A stretch of 64,000 bases of DNA from Acidobacteriota bacterium. Lineage in GTDB: Bacteria; Acidobacteriota; UBA4820; DSQY01. Each line of letters begins with the position of its first letter. Position 1 is the first letter of the stretch. The notes under the pieces are model-generated. The model was given only the letters and a program-made list of their open reading frames with translations. It made no database searches and had not been told where the DNA came from. Made by a program: the position numbers and the translations under genes. This document shows, piece by piece, positions 63,130-64,000 of the stretch. The DNA is taken from assembly GCA_049967655.1 (NCBI GenBank), contig JBMFSH010000012.1:5945-69944 (forward strand), in the 5' to 3' direction.

Positions 63130-63423
63130 TTACACTCCCTCGAAGTACTCGATGGGTTTGGCGCCCTTGGCGAGCTTCACGTAGGCCTTCTTCCAATCGG
63201 CGCGCTTGCCTTCGGACCGGCCGACCCTCTTGTTCTTCCCAAGGACGTTCACGACCCGCACGGTCTCCACCTTGGTGCCGAAGATCTTCTCCACGGCGTA
63301 GGCGATCTCGATCTTGTTGGCCTTCGGATCGACCTGGAAAGCGACCGTGTGCGCGCGCTCCTTGGCGATGAGGTTCTTCTCCGTCAGGAGCGGGCGAATG
63401 ATGATACTGTGGGGGCTCCTCAT
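63130..63423 (-). CDS. rplW: 50S ribosomal protein L23
   Basis: sequence. Confidence 0.95.
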   Translation of the reverse strand: MRSPHSIIIRPLLTEKNLIAKERAHTVAFQVDPKANKIEIAYAVEKIFGTKVETVRVVNVLGKNKRVGRSEGKRADWKKAYVKLAKGAKPIEYFEGV

Positions 63424-64000
63424 GGCTTGAGAACCTCCGAGAGGCGCGCGAGCGCCGGCTCTGTTAAGACGACCATCTCGTAGCGAGCGAGGTCGTAGAT
63501 GTTCACCTCGTCCACGCCCGTCACCTTAACGCCCGGAACGTTCCTGCTGGCCAGCCGGAGGGGCTCGGAGACGGCCGAGTCCACGAACAGCACCGTCTTG
63601 TGGGCGTCCAGGATGGGAGCGTAGCGGGAGAGGAACTCCTTCGTGCGGTGGCTCTCCACGGCGAAGCCCTCCATCACCGCCAGCATGCCCCGGCGGATCC
63701 GCTCCGACAGGAGGCTTCGCATGGCGCCGCGGCGGATCTTCTTGGGGATCGAGTAAGAGTAGTCGCGCGGCTTGGGGCCGAAGACGATGCCGCCGTGGTA
63801 CCAGAGCGGGGAGCGGATCTCGCCCATGCGGGCCCGCCCCGTGTGCTTCTGCTTCCACAGCTTCTTGCCCGAGCCCGAGACCTCGTCGCGCCGCTTGGTG
63901 GAATGGGTCCCCAGACGCTGGTTGGCAAGGAAGTTCCGCACCGCCTCGTAGATGAGGTCGCGGCGGTAGGGGGTCGCGAAGACCTCTTCGGGCAGGTTGA
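63420..64000 (-). CDS. rplD: 50S ribosomal protein L4, N-terminus beyond window edge
   Basis: reading frame continues past 63941 to the window end (…NLPEEVFATPYRRDLIYEAVRNFLANQ…). Confidence 0.9.
   Translation of the reverse strand, partial: NLPEEVFATPYRRDLIYEAVRNFLANQRLGTHSTKRRDEVSGSGKKLWKQKHTGRARMGEIRSPLWYHGGIVFGPKPRDYSYSIPKKIRRGAMRSLLSERIRRGMLAVMEGFAVESHRTKEFLSRYAPILDAHKTVLFVDSAVSEPLRLASRNVPGVKVTGVDEVNIYDLARYEMVVLTEPALARLSEVLKP

Overview
This is a high-GC (about 65-70%) bacterial chromosomal window, mostly conserved housekeeping genes. Because some positions were read by hand, coordinates not taken from the ORF track may be off by 1-2 nt.

Gene content, left to right:
- rlmH (partial), a dksA/traR-like gene, a lapB-like TPR/rubredoxin protein, a pmbA/tldD-family gene, a trmJ-like SpoU methyltransferase, mltG, ruvX, ubiE and a heptose kinase.
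- A gliding-type ABC module: GldA-, GldF- and GldG-like genes plus DUF4340 and DUF2752 proteins.
- hsp20, mutS and glnA.
- A family-4 UDG, coaBC, aspS, hisS, aroA, smpB, and an ECF sigma / anti-sigma pair.
- A redox / lipoprotein / patatin / EVE / bcp cluster.
- ubiX-ubiA, then tRNA-modification genes (mtaB, rarA).
- The 3' half of the S10-spc-alpha ribosomal superoperon: rplD through rplQ, including secY, adk, map, infA and rpoA.

Most unusual observations:
1. A roughly 7 kb region (36.4-43.4 kb) with mixed GC content holds three consecutive disrupted genes:
   - a frameshifted secreted protein;
   - a roughly 1000-aa MmeI-family Type IIL restriction-modification ORF with an intact D-X9-EXK nuclease motif and MTase motifs I and IV, split by a single in-frame TAG (41033-41035) that is immediately followed by ATG;
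   - an HNH endonuclease with an in-frame TAG inside its catalytic motif (42874-42876).
   This region also encodes a 670-aa CARDB-domain secreted protein.
2. A previously unnamed structured intergenic repeat of about 125-190 nt, present in three copies (5591-5732, 13607-13795 inverted, 33159-33293) with two conserved terminal hairpins. Copy 1 supplies the last roughly 30 codons of ubiE.
3. A candidate roughly 250-nt sRNA at 18.9-19.15 kb, driven by a perfect sigma70 consensus promoter (TTGACA-N17-TATATT). The same hexamer pair drives hsp20.

No CRISPR array, tRNA, rRNA or tmRNA was recognised.
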